A stretch of DNA of 63,953 nt, the filler included, from Guillardia theta CCMP2712 (taxonomy: Eukaryota > Protista > Cryptophyta), in assembly GCF_000315625.1 (NCBI RefSeq). It is 5 parts of 5 records of this genome, joined end to end, with 100 filler letters (N's around TTAATTAATTAA, not from the genome) between each part and the next. Parts side by side here need not be neighbours in the genome. Positions count along the whole stretch, not along the records: positions 30,799 to 51,513 come from NW_005434623.1; positions 51,614 to 56,871 come from NW_005434186.1; positions 56,972 to 62,521 come from NW_005434198.1; 2 more parts are not named here. The stretch is one strand, 5' to 3'. This document shows, piece by piece, positions 47,295-60,827 of this stretch. The notes under the pieces were generated by a model that had not been told where the DNA came from, ran no database searches, and saw only the letters and a list, made by a program, of their open reading frames with translations. Position 1 is the stretch's first letter; every line of letters begins with the position of its first letter. The position numbers and the translations under genes were made by a program.

Positions 47295-48342
47295 ATGTCA
47301 AACAACGAAACAAGCTCGGTGAATGGGAGGGCTGATGTGTCCGAGCTGCAAGTGCACAGCCCGAGATCGAAGTTGGAGGTTGGAAGCGAAGTTGTTGGAC
47401 TTACCCCAACAAAGCCAGAAGGGAGGAGGAGGAGAGGAGGGAGAACCCCCAAGGCAGCGACAAACGAGCACCCTTTCCAGTTCTCGACGCCTGTGCACAC
47501 GCAGGGGTTTGATTCTCCTGCTCATACGACAGTGGGCGAGCAGAAGAATCGTTACTTTGAGGAAGAGCCAACTGAGAATCCGACCAAGACGCCTTTCCCT
47601 TCTTCGGCATTGAAGTATGAGGATAACCAGGGGAAAGAAACCGTTGCCCATCCAGGTGACACGAAAAAAGCGGAGCCTCCATCATCCCCATCCGGCCCTG
47701 CTGTCAAGGCACGCTATCCCTCTGTTTGGATCAAAGTGCTTCTCCTCACGTCATTTGTTGTCATGCTTTTATTCTTTGTTGGCGGGATTGTGGGCGGATC
47801 GACGCACTCGAGTAACTCAGAGGCAAATGCGACGTCAACGAATCGTATGTTCTCTTCAGGGCAATCAAGCTCAGGATACTTCAGTGCGGGCACGGTCAGT
47901 ACAGGTGTTTTTACTTGCGGATCTTCAGTTAGCTTTGGAATCTTCTCCATTGGTGAGATAAATGATGTTTGTTGTCGACTGCTCGGTGACTCGTCGGCTC
48001 GCTAGGTCTTGTGTCCACGGGATTCGTCAGCTTTGGCTTCTTTTCCGCCGGTTTTATCTCATTTGGAGTCTTCTCGCTCGGCTTCATAACGGCGGGGCAT
48101 ATTGTGCTTGGATTGTGGGCGTGGGGAACATACTCCTTCTACAGCAGGGGAGGTTACTCTTTCCGGGATGTCCAGTCCAGGGTAAGATTTGACGATTCTG
48201 CTTGCAATATCGTGCTGAGATGACTCTGCTGCTGTAGCAACGCACGCTGGATCCGATGGCATCGAGTGAAAAGCAAGATTTGTCTAATTGCAACATGCGC
48301 TCGACGGTGACAGAATCAGAATCCACTGTGGTGGAGCACTAA
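47295..48342 (+). CDS. Hypothetical membrane protein with Gly-periodic (xxGxF) hydrophobic repeats
   Basis: TM segment WIKVLLLTSFVVMLLFFVGGIVGG, then Gly every 5th residue (SSGYF SAGTV STGVF...SFGFF SAGFI SFGVF SLGFI). Two short introns at ~47953-48005 and ~48182-48237. Confidence 0.65.
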
Positions 48343-48861
48343 CGAAGTTTGGCAGGAGGATAAAACACCAGCACCTGATTCTTCGGTTTGAGAAGCCTTA
48401 TGGTCGCCTATGCGCTATCATGCCGTCACAAGCCTCCGAGTGTAAATAACCGTCCCGGGGCGCCGGCCCTGGCCGCGCCTCTGAGATGCTATCAAGCTCC
48501 GGCCCTCGTGATCTTTCAATAAGATCATCTACCGGCCGACAAGTCACTAAGTTGTGCTGATTAAGCTTCGAGAAGGGCGCTTTACTTCGATTGATCAATC
48601 TCCAAACGATTCAATAATAAAGTGAAATAATTGCTAACAGATGTACCGTACGGACTCGCCCGGCCATCCGATCATCCGTCATCCGATCATCCGCCCGGCC
48701 CGGCCGGCGGGCCCGCCGCGTCCCCGGGCCGGCCAGGGGCGCGGCCCGGCCGGCTCCGACTCAGTGTGCGGCGGCCAAAGCCGGAGTCCCGGCCCGGGCA
48801 GCATTTTTAACTACGGTGATCTTGGAAAAAGCTGGCTCAGACGAAGATGAAAACAGACGAT

Positions 48862-49517
48862 TGATGATAGCGATGAGATGATGATAGCGATGAGATGATG
48901 CTAGCGATGAGATGATGATAGCGATGAGATGATGATAGCGATGAGATGATAATAGCGATGAGATGATGATAGCGATGAGATGATGATAGCGATGAGATGA
49001 TGATAGCGATGAGATGATGATAGCGATGAGATGATGATAGCGATGAGATGATGATAGCGATGAGATGATGATAGCGATGAGATGATAATAGCGATGAGAT
49101 GATGATAGCGATGAGATGATGATAGCGATGAGATGATGCTAGCGATGAGATGATGATAGCGATGAGATGATGCTAGCGATGAGATGATGATAGCGATGAG
49201 ATGATGATAGCGATGAGATGATAATAGCGATGAGATGATGATAGCGATGAGATGATGATAGCGATGAGATGATGATAGCGATGAGATGATGATAGCGATG
49301 AGATGATGCTAGCGATGAGATGATGCTAGCGATGAGATGATGATAGCGATGAGATGATGATAGCGATGAGATGATGATAGCGATGAGATGATGATAGCGA
49401 TGAGATGATGATAGCGATGAGATGATGATAGCGATGAGATGATGCTAGCGATGAGATGATGATAGCGATGAGATGATGATAGCGATGAGATGATGATAGC
49501 GATGAGATGATGATAGT
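48862..49517 (+). repeat. 17-bp minisatellite (gatgagatgatgatagc), about 38 copies
   Basis: Read directly from the sequence; variants ...gatgctagc and ...gataatagc are interspersed. Confidence 0.95.
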
Positions 49518-49661
49518 AGCTGATTGTAACTTTTCAGTGTTCACGTAAATTCGATGTTCAAGGGATGGGAAACAACAGCTATTACCATGTGCATGTGATT
49601 AATGTGAAATAGCAGGCTCTGGGAGTGCCATCAGCACAAGTCCCCGGCTAGTCTTGCAGCC

Positions 49662-51268
49662 ATGGCGTGTGGAGTCGGGTGTGTTGGGCACGGCATGCCA
49701 ACGGACGCTGAGGAGGACAGGAGAGTTTCATGCTGTCTCGTTACCGGCATGACGGGCAGCGGCAAGACATCGCTGGTCAGGTCGCTGCTCTCGTCGCTCC
49801 CTCAAGACGCTCGTTGCATCGTTTGCATCCACCAGCATGCAAAGTCCTTCGGGCTGGACTCTCAGCCCCCCATCCCCTCCGACATGTTGCCCTCGGACCC
49901 TCGACTCGCTCACTTCTGCCAGGTCTTCGACTTCGGGAGCGGTTGCATCTGCTGCAGCCCGGACGGGGACCTGACGAGGGAGCTGGTGGAGAGGATCCCT
50001 CACATGGCTACAGCAGGATACTCCCACCTCATCATCGAGAGCACCGGACTGGCCGATCCCAGGCCCTTCATCCGGTTGCTGTGCGTTGACCCCGTGATTG
50101 TCTCCTCCTTCCGCCTTGACCGCGTCGTGTGCGTTGCCGATGCGGGGAGGATAGAGCAGCAGCTGGCAGAGCCAGTCCCTCTCAACAAGCTCAGCAAGGC
50201 TAGCGTGCAGGTCAGAAACGCCGACACTCTCCTGCTCAACAAGCTGGACAAGCTGCAGGAGGAGGATCGGAGGCTTGTTCTAGAGCAGGTCAAGGTCGCG
50301 GCGAGGAGGTTGAACGAGGGAATCCGGTTGATGGAAGCGGAGACAGGAGGGAGGATGGGGTGGTCGAGGCTGATGGAGGCGGAGAGGGACCGATCGCAGG
50401 ACAAGCTTCCGTGCGGGGCATGCGACGACGACGGCTACGAAAGGCTGGTGCAGATAGTAAACCTTGAGGGTCACGATCAAACGTATCAGACGGCATGCGT
50501 ACAGGAGGAGGGGGGAGTGATCTGGTCGAGGGCAAGGGAGTGGATCGATCGCGTGCTGCTGGAGGGGAGGGTGGAGGAGATCAAAGGTTTCCTCTCGGTT
50601 TCGTATGAGGATCTTCCAGAGGACGTTGCGACGTACGCAAGCTCGTTTGAGAAACCGCACTTGAGGTGAGAGCAGGGAAGGCAGAGGAGGGAAGGCAGAG
50701 TGCTTTGTAGGAGGAGAGAGCGCTGAATAGGAGAGGAGGAGACATGAAGCAGCGATCGATGTTGGCAGTGGAAGAGAGGGAGGGAGAAGCGCTAGTAGCA
50801 GGAGTTGGATTCGAAAAAAGATTTGAAGAGGGAGGGAAGGAGGGAGGGAGGGAGGGAGGGAGGGAGGGAGAGAAGGATGGATGGAGAGAGGAAGGAAATG
50901 AGTTTGATTTTAACCAGAACGGTCTCCATTAGTGCTATCAAGGATGACATCAAGATTGAGCTGATAACAAGTGAATCAAAGGTGCTCTATCTTCTAGCTT
51001 GCTTGCTTGCTTCTGCTTCTGCTGCTGCTGCTGCCTCTGCTTCTCCTCCTGCTATTCTTCTCATCTTCTATTCTTTCTGTTCTCCTCATCGCTGTATCTC
51101 GCATGCGCTCATCAGTCCTGCTGGTGCTCGCAGCTTCCTCACTCGGCCCTGGCGGACTCAGTCTCGGTAGCAGAGAGCGCTGCTCGGGCTGGTTTAGCCT
51201 CGAAGCTTTTCTTCGTCGGGAAAGGAATCGACCAGGTGCTCTCCTCCTCCTTCCTCCTTCTCCTTCTC

Positions 51269-51303
<35 letters not shown>

Positions 51304-51450
51304 CCTGTTCTCGCCTTCTTTGTTCTCATCCTTTTCCTCCTTATGCTCGTCCTGTTCTCACACGCATGTTCTCCTCCTCCCTTTTTGCTGAGCAGTATGA
51401 GCTCGAGGAGGGACTTCGAGCGGCGATGGCGCCGCAAGGGTTCATAGCTG
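49662..51450 (+). CDS. COG0523/CobW-family G3E P-loop GTPase (metallochaperone, ZNG1-like); runs toward contig end
   Basis: Walker A TGMTGSGKTS, metal motif GCICCS, Walker B IIESTGLADP and NKLD. A later exon SKLFFVGKGID matches the CobW C-terminal domain. Confidence 0.9.
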
Positions 51451-51630
51451 GTAAGGAGACGGAGGCGAGAAGAGCGAAAGTTGTGGAGAGGAGGGGGAGA
51501 GGAAGGAATGGGGNNNNNNNNNNNNNNNNNNNNNNNNNNNNNNNNNNNNNNNNNNNNTTAATTAATTAANNNNNNNNNNNNNNNNNNNNNNNNNNNNNNN
51601 NNNNNNNNNNNNNACGAGTTACTTTAAAGC

Positions 51631-54600
51631 ATGCCGATCTGGGCGGCCGAGCCGAGCGTAGGGTACTTGGGCGCAGGGAATACTATCGCTTTAGCAGTCG
51701 AGCCCGCGTTCCCACTTCAAGTCACAAAGAGCCAGAACTGCATATGTTGTCTAGAAGACTGTGAGAATCAAGGAGAAGTGACAACAATAGGAGAACAGAT
51801 GTTTTGTTCACTCCCACCTCTCTCTGTACATGGCTTGATGCAAATGGAATACCAATGTCACAATATAACCATGGCCAAGAATGAATTTGCATTTGTTGTA
51901 TTGAGCCAAAGCTTTTTGCAAATCGTTCCCAGCAGGGGCACTTATCTAGGAGGTACTCAGGTATCCTTGATAGGCACCAATTTTTCAACGAGAAGAAGTT
52001 TCATTCACTTTGGAGATGCAGTTTTGTCAAATTCGGCTTTATCTTCAACTTTGTGCCTTGTCGTCACGCCCGCGCACAAACCAGGCAATGTCAGCATTAC
52101 CATCAGGTCTGAACATGGCTTTTCATCACCCTTGACTTTTGAGTTTCATCAAGGACGAGATGATCCCAATGATTCCAAAGACGTTGATCATCGGAAGGAT
52201 AAGCAGAAAAGCGATAGGACCAGCAAACTCTACGTCCAGCCTTCCTTTGGACCGTTGATGGGCGGTACGAGAGTGGCTGTGACTTTGAGCGGAGTTCCTG
52301 CAGGCTTCGGGCAAGATTATTACACTTTGAAGATTAACAACATACTAGTGCCATGCTTACAGAAAGAAAATGCAAGTATCTGTACGATCCCACCATCGAA
52401 AAGTGCTGGGCTCGCACACTGTGAGATGCACCCTTCTTCGAGCAAGAGCCCCCTTATGGATTTCGAAGGAGACTTTATGTTTCTCAAAGCCGAACAAATC
52501 GAGAAGATTTCACTTCGGACCCTGCAGGATCAGATACGATCCGTAGAAATCCAAGGACACAACTTCTGGAACAGTCGACACTTGATGTGCAAATTCGGCT
52601 TTCGGCATTCCGTCTCTGCAGTCTGGGTGTCTAGTACCCTCGTCACGTGCCCAGTACCTCATATCGATGCGCCTCCACAGGGCCTTAACCTGACAGTACA
52701 GATCAGCAACAACGGGATAGACTTCTCAACCCCCTCCGAGGCAGCACGCTTCATGTACACCTCCTTGCGCCCAATAGCCAAGCTACAGCCGACCACAGGG
52801 CTGACCAGCGAGACTACGCGGGTACTGATCACGGGTCAAGCAGGCTTCGGCGGAAGGATTGCACAAGAGAGCGGAGGGCAGGTGCTGTGTCAGTTCGGTA
52901 GCAGCAAGGCCTTGGGAGGTCGGGTCTTGGACGCAGGTATCGAGTGCGATGCTGAGTCAGGCATAGAAGGCAAGGTGAGTGTGCGGGTCTCAACAGATGG
53001 GGGGAGGTCGTGGGAGGACTGGGGGCTGCGATTCGAGTTTGTGAAAGGGATCGACATAGCCCGAGTAGATCCCTCGACAGGGCCTGTGGCAGGGGGAACA
53101 CGGGTGACGATAGTCATGGGTCAGCGGTATGATAGCGAGTCGAGCGGGCTGTCATGCATGTTCGGGCAGACTCCGAGCGCAGGCGTTGCGGAGGTGCTAT
53201 CCAGCGGAGAGCTGGTCTGCGTTGCACCTGCGGCCAAGACTGAGGCAATCGTGAAAGTGTACGTGCTGTCGGACGGTCAAATCAGGAGCACGGGGTCTGC
53301 CTTCCGATACCGGCACTGGCCCAAGGTCATGGGCCTCGGGCCCCGATCGGGACCAGCGTCAAGGGGACAAACGATCACACTCCAGGCAGCGGGCGGGTCG
53401 TGGGGACTAGAAGACCCCGCGTGGTGCCGAGTGAGCGGGGGGCAAGCTTTATCGGCAGCTTTCATGACTGAGAGCTTGATGACGTGCCGGCTACCTCCTC
53501 ATGGTCGCGGGAACGCAACGATAGAAGCAAGCTTCAACGGAAGGGACTGGGTAGAGGTAGCGGGGAGGTTCGAGTATAGAGAGCGATGCCTCATCACGGG
53601 GGTGGAGCCTTCGCTCGGACTGATGGGAGGGATCACGAGTGTCACGTTGACAGGAGTCGGGTTGAAGGGCCTAGGCAAGAGCCGGTGCCGCATCGGGAGC
53701 AGCTGGGGGTCAAGGCTACTGGAGGTTTCAGACGCGCTTGTGATTTGCGGAGCACCAGAGGGCGGGTGGGGCTCTGTGATGCCTCCGGGAGATGTCGGAG
53801 AGGCAGATGGCGGGCGTGTGAAAGGCCTCACGGTAGGTTTGATGCTGGAAGGAGCTAGTCAGGAGGCGTGCGAAATGAAGGAGGCATACTTTCTGTACTC
53901 ACCGCTGCGAATAGACAGCGTTTCGCCTTCCAGCTTGGTACAAGGTCGTCAGACGGTAGTGACGGTGGTCGGACAGACTTTCGATGAGGCCAGGAGGGTA
54001 GGATGCAAGTACTCGGAAGCTGCTGGAGCGTCCTTGCAGAGCGGCGCATCCTGGGATACACAGGAAGGGACGGTGATCACGTCGTCCATGGCACTATGCA
54101 AGAGTCCCCAGATGTCCGGGAAGAGCGAAGACTTGTCACTCCAGGTCAGCTACGATGGTGGACAGCTCTCGTCGAGCCGACTGTCGATACGTTATATCCC
54201 AGAGCCGACGATTACAAGGCTAGAGCCAAGCGCTGGGTCAAGCGCAGGCGGCCAGGTGATCACGGTGATTGGGAGCAACATGAGAGCATCCAGGTCGGGC
54301 ACCTACTGCCTTTTCGGGAACCGAGGTCAGATGCCAGCCTTGCATGTCACGACCAGCGCTGTAAAATGTCTTTCTCCGTTTAATAGCAAGGGTGCCAATG
54401 TTTCTTTTTCCCTTCAAGTTGGGGAACACATCTTCTCTACACTGCTGAGGTTTTACAGTGATTTGGAGTTTGGCTTTGCTCTTGGTCCAAGTATGGGACC
54501 GGTACGAGGTAATACACAAATACGGTTTTTGACATCGTTCAATGGGCCTCTGTACTTGGAGGATGAGCGAATGAATTGTTCAAGAACGGACTCTTTTCTT

Positions 54601-56870
54601 TTTTGCTTGGTCTTACCTTTGAAATCTTTTGGAAATAGAATCCAACCTTTGGATGTGAGCATTCGATCCGATCAAGACACAAACCATATTGTTTCAAGAT
54701 ATACATATTATCAAGAAGAAGTGGTAAGCAAAATAGAATTGCTTTCGGTAAATCAATTCGCCAACACGTGCGAATTCATTGTATATGGTGAAAATTTCGT
54801 CCCAAGCTCCAAAATGATGTGCAAAACTTGGATTGACGGAGATTATCATTCCATATCGAAAGCAACAGCTTACACCAACACTGAAGTAGCTTGTACTCTT
54901 ACAAACGTAAATCTTTCATCTCGCATATCAATTCAAATCAGCAACAACGGGGTCGACTTCTCCTCCGCGAGCGCGACCTACACGTACGAGCGAGCCCCTA
55001 CCGTCACATCGCTGAGCCTCCTTGCCCTTGACGGGAGCTCTGGTCAGGTCGAGCAGGACCACGGACGCACGGTGCGGGTGATCGGGAAGCACTTTGTCGC
55101 AAGCCCGCAGCTGAGGTGCAGCCTGCCGGGGGTCGCCAGATACATCACGTCGTCTATGGTCGATTGTGTATCAGGAGGGGGCCGTGTCGGGGGGAACCTG
55201 ACGGTCGAGGTAAGCAACAACGGTCAGGACTGGAGCAGCGGAGGCTTGGGGCTGCTCGCTTGGGAGGATACGCCCCGCTTCTCCGAGGAGGTCCAGCTTG
55301 AGCCGACCATGGGTCCCAGCAGAGGCGGAACACAGGTCACCGTCCGTCTGCTTGGTGCGGAGGGGCTCCAGGGCGTATCTTTATCCCTGCAGGTGGGACT
55401 AGAGGGCAGTGCAGAATGCCGCTACCAGAGCGGTACAGAGTACCGGTGTCAGATGCCCGAGGTACGCTCGACGACGAACCGTGTGCTGTCCCGATACACG
55501 GTACCGGTACACCTCGTCATAGAGGGACAGCCGGCTTTGTCACGCGGAGGAGTAGTGTACACGTACTACGTAGAGGAGAGAGTGTCCGGGCTATCACCTT
55601 GCTCAGGGCCAGCGGAAGGGTCAACCCAAGTCGCCGTCACAGGGTCCGGCTTCCTCGAGGTAGCCAGCCTCACCTGCCGCTTCGGCGCGAGTGTAGGAGA
55701 TGGTAGCCCAAGCTCCGGCGGTCTGGGCAGCTGGAGGGAGGTACCGGGGAAGTGGCGGTCGTCTACGCTTGTAGGCTGCTCAGCACCTGCAGCATCCGGA
55801 GAGCAGACGATGCAGGTCCAGCTCAGCAACAACGNNNNNNNNNNNNNNNNNNNNNNNNNNNNNNNNNNNNNNNNNNNNNNNNNNNNNNNNNNNNNNNNNN
55901 NNNNNNNNNNNNNNNNNNNNNNNNNNNNNNNNNNNNNNNNNGACCACGGACGCACGGTGCGGTGATTCGGGAAGCACTTTGTCGCAAGCCCGCAGCTGAG
56001 TGCAGCCTGCCGGGGTTCGCCAGATACCTCACGTCGTCTATGCTCGATTGTGTATCAGGAGGGGGCCGTGTCGGGGGGAACCTGACGGTCGAGGTAAGCA
56101 ACAACGGTCAGGACTGGAGCAGAGATGGAGTTTCAATGGTGAGGGGAGGATCGTATTGGATTAGTGTCATACCCAGCAGTGGTCCAACGTCAGGTGGCAA
56201 CTTTGTCAGTGTTGTCATGGCACACGGCTATGAATCCCCTGTCTTGACATGCAGATTTGGAGGGGTATGGGTATCGGGAACACGTGTAACGAGTACCGAG
56301 ATTTCATGCCTTGTTCCTCCTTCGTCTGCATCTGTAGCGATTGCATTGACGCTGATATCAGACAGCCTTGAAGAGTGGGGTGCAGCTACATATGAGTATG
56401 TGCAATATCCGAGGATTGATGCGCTAGTACCTTCGCATGGCAGCACTCTGTACCCGTTTGTGATCTCATTAGTTGGAGCGAGCTTCGTCGAATCTAACAT
56501 GCTGCGGTGCAGGTTTAGCACGCAAGACAAACATGGACTCAATACTCCCATTTCATGGGCAGAAGCAGCATTTCAATCTTCCACTCTCTTACACTGTCTT
56601 TCGCCTGTGCTCAATGGTAATGCGAACATGATCGTGGAGGTTAGCAACAATGCGAAGGATTTCGTTGCAAACCAAGCAGCAATGGAGCTGCACAAGCCAC
56701 CTGAGCTTAGCAGAGTTATTCCTTCTACCATTCTTTCGCGCCTGATGTATTCTATCACAATTTATGGGCACGGGCCGGGAATGATAAGAGGAAGAACATG
56801 TTGGGTCGGGAAAGAAGGCATACATTTGTCAGAGGTTGTATCTGACTCAATGGTCATTTGCAGAGGACAA
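51631..56870 (+). CDS. Giant IPT/TIG-repeat cell-surface protein (fibrocystin/plexin-like), partial at both ends
   Basis: More than 1400 codons of open frame with repeated PxxGPxxGGTxVTVxGxxF ... CxFG ... CxxP ... VEVSNNGxDF units; continues at 55942-56870 after a gap. Confidence 0.88.
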
Positions 56871-58556
56871 ANNNNNNNNNNNNNNNNNNNNNNNNNNNNN
56901 NNNNNNNNNNNNNNNTTAATTAATTAANNNNNNNNNNNNNNNNNNNNNNNNNNNNNNNNNNNNNNNNNNNNGAGACGTGAAACTAGCAGAATGTTTTGAT
57001 GAATGAAACAGACTTGTCATGATCAATGTTAGTCGTCCAACGCTTCCGATCCGATCGTCGGTGGCACTGTCCGTACGCCAACTTGGCAACATTGCAGTAG
57101 TCGTATGGTCACTACCAACAGAGTATGTGTAAGTTGTGTGAAGTGCCAAACTTGTTGGGAAACATTCTTGTCACAGTACTGACGGTCAGTATCCGGTAAA
57201 CTTGAACTGATCGAACATGACAAGGATGCGACCGAGTCTCGAAGATTTACGGTCATCGATTCAGTGACGCCGGGCCACCGGTGACTCCGAGAGTCCTGAG
57301 TCCCAGCTGCGAGATTCGAATCACTGAGTCCGAGTCTGCACATCACTGGCCAGATACAACTAGTGATGATGATAGTACACCATTGTAATCGTCTCACCAT
57401 CATCGCCGCGCGCCGTGTGTAGTTCTCACCCGTGATTGTACACTTGTACAACCTTGCAACACCACAGTTCCGAGTTGTCGGAATTCATCCCGACCTAAGC
57501 CATACTGACCGCTTCGTCCACTCGCCCGATGAGACACATTATCCGATCATCGAGTCCTGCCATTGAACTTCTGACCGTCTCCCATAATGTGAACTTCCGA
57601 ACGACTACCGGGCCCGACTCGGAACGACTACCGGGCCCGACTCGGACTGACCTGAGTTGATTGGCGGACGACTCGTCGACATGAGGGGGGGTAAGAGATT
57701 AACTACTTTCCGGTTAAATTTAACTGGATTATTGCCTATTTGAACTTGCAATGTAAGCTACATTCAATCTATTCAGCTATAATGTTGGCTATTTAGCAAC
57801 TTTAGTGTTAAATTAGAGGAATTGTCTTTAAATTTAACTCAGATCTTGATCTATGGAAAAATGTGAGGAATCGCGGAGGGCTGCAATGATGGGCAACGGT
57901 GTTTGGGAATGGCGGGCCGCCGCCGCCGCCGCCGCCGCTGCAGGAGAAGGAGGAGGAGAGGAGGAGGAGAAAGACCAGGGACAAGAGAAGGAGCATTGAA
58001 CAGGAGTGACAGCCGGATCAGCAAAGGAGAGGATGAAACTAGATGTGCAGGAGGGGTTTGTGCGCTATGAAAGGATGGGATTTTATGACGTAGAACATCA
58101 AGCCAGTGACGACGATGGTGATGGTGATGGTGATGGAGATTGGGTTGGAGATGGAGATGATGGCGATGACGATGACGATGTCTTAGATTGAGCAAATGAT
58201 GCAGACAATGAATGATACAGAACAGGACGATGAATTCGATGATTGAGGAGTCGGACATAGGATTAGCTGGATGTAGACATGCGGAGATTATCAGAGTTCC
58301 TCGGTTGATGCATGTGGCAGTGAGAGCTGAGTTCTCAAGAGTACAAACAAGCACAAGACAGCTGAACAATACCATTTACAGGAGTCGAGAATTCAGCGAC
58401 AACAGGGCACAGTCTTCTTCAGAGCCGCCGATGCCCCGCCGACCAGCGAAGTTTTGATTTCTTTGCCATGGCCTCGGAGCGGGTGTACAGGTCTTGAGAG
58501 CCGCCTCCTGCTCGAGCCAACTGCATCTCACAAGTGCAAGGACTGATTGAGGTACC

Positions 58557-60695
58557 ATGAAGTTCGGCAAGTTCCTTCGGGCCTCTCGAGTCAAGGTCAG
58601 GAGGGCTCTCAGCAGAGGGTCAGCTGGAGGGTAGGCGGCATGTGACGATGGACGGGCAGGGATGGGAGGATTACTACGTCGATTACAAGAAATTGACAAG
58701 AGCCGTCAAGGTGCCGAGGAGCTGCTGCGAGTTTCCGAGCTGACATCCTTGTATCAGGCGGAGGCCGAGCTACGGGAGCAGTCGACAGAGTTGTTGCTCC
58801 TTGCCCCGTTGTGTGGCTGGTGACAACTCGTTACAGGTTGTCTCTGGAAGCGCTTGAGTCTACTCCTCTGTCGGGCGGATGTTTTCAAGATGTAGCTTCC
58901 TCCTCGACCGATGGCCCAGCACCGCTGACATGTCGACTGCAGGAATTCATCAGGCAGATCGAGGCTGTCAACCTGGGTAAGTGTCGAGGAGCGGCTCCTC
59001 TCTGCCTCCGTCTCGTTGAGGGTTGAGGGCTGGCAGGTTTCGACAGGAAGATGTCGGAGATCGAGGAAAGGAGGGACCTTATGATCATGGAGGTAAGACG
59101 ACTTGACTTTGTTGGTTGTGTTATGGTGACGTGTACCATAACAGGCACAGAGGACTTACGGTGAATATTTCACTGATATGATGCATGCTTGTAACATGTT
59201 TCTCATTGTCATTGCTCTGTTGCACGTGTGCAGCTGAGAGCGATCGGAGCTCGAGTTTTGGTCAGTGTTTCTGCTGTTGTAGTGATGGTGGAATGAAACC
59301 TTGCTTGCGCAGGATCCCTTGATCCTGAGTCTTACAACAAGCTGCGACTTCTGCAAGTGAGTGTCTGAACTCAAGGCTACATTCCAACGTTGATGTGGAC
59401 GGCTCTTGACGATTGGAAAACCATCGCATCTCCCTCATTTCAAAGATTGCCTACTTGTTGGCGTATGATGAATCTCTCTGGAAAAAAAAAAATTGCTTTT
59501 TTACTATCGTAATGTTTTGTGCTTTGTACAGAAAGAGAGTATGCAGCTCATGTTGCGCGAGCTGTATCAGGACTGCATGACGTTGAAACAAGTAAGGCAC
59601 AAACGTTGTTTCATGTTGTGTGCGGCAGTGTTTGTTTCTTGTCGCTGCAAGATCGTGACTAAGATTGTGTTGTGCTATGACTCCTTGCTTCTCATATTGC
59701 AGTCTATCCCTTCCCTGTCTCACGTTGTCGTGTTTCCGGACTTTTTGTTTTTTCTTGCCTTTTCCTGTTGTTTTGGTAGCAGATCGAGCAGTCAGTAGCA
59801 ATTTTGCAGAGTTTTTTGTTTGTTCATTTCGTCCCTTTTTCTTCCAGCATCCTCATATATGTTGATATCAGGTTTGCGATTTGAACTTCACTGGCCTCTC
59901 AAAAGCGCTGAAAAAGTACAACAAGAGTCTCAAGCAAGCAGGACAGGTATCTTTTGCTGATTGTGAAAGATGATGGTAAGGGGTTTGAAACAACAGCAAC
60001 TGCATGTCAATGTAAATCTACAAGACCAGGTGAGACACTTGTGAAAATCTCTTGGTTTGCTTGTTATATGGTGTTGTTTTGTTCTTGCATCGTTTCCTTG
60101 TTTTGTTGTGCACTGCATTGTAGCGTAGTGTAGTGTCGTGGTTATATTTGAATGATTCTTCTTTTTCCTTGTTCTGATTGTTTCTGTGGTGAAGGCATTC
60201 CACATCGGAGTCAGCAGGGTAGAAGAAGTTGCAGAACAGGTAAACGATACTTCACCTCCTCTCCTCTCCCCTTCCCTCTCCTCACGTCTGCTCATCTTTA
60301 TCCCCTGCCTCCTCTCCTCTCCTCTTCCCTCCTCTCTTCCCTTCTCTTCCCTCCCCTCCTCTCCCCTCCCTTCTCTTCCCTCCCTTCCCCTCCCTCCCCT
60401 CCCTTCTCTTCCTCCCTAGTTCTCCCTCCTCTCTCCTCTCATCCCTAACAGGTAGAGGAATGTTACGCCGCTCTCTTCACCGCCAACGACACTATCGCTG
60501 CTCAGGTCCAGCAAGTCTCCATCCTGTTGCGACATGCACATTAACATGTACATGCTGATGCAGCGTCGTCTCCGCCATCTCCACCGGTGTCTTCTCGTCT
60601 TGGTTGCTATGAGTTGTTCTTCTGACATGATTGTTCGCAAACAGCCTCGGCATTGAGTCGCAGGTGAGTTCCTTGCCTGCTAGAACACCTCCTGT

Positions 60696-60736
<41 letters not shown>

Positions 60737-60743
60737 TGATGAC

Positions 60744-60827
<84 letters not shown>

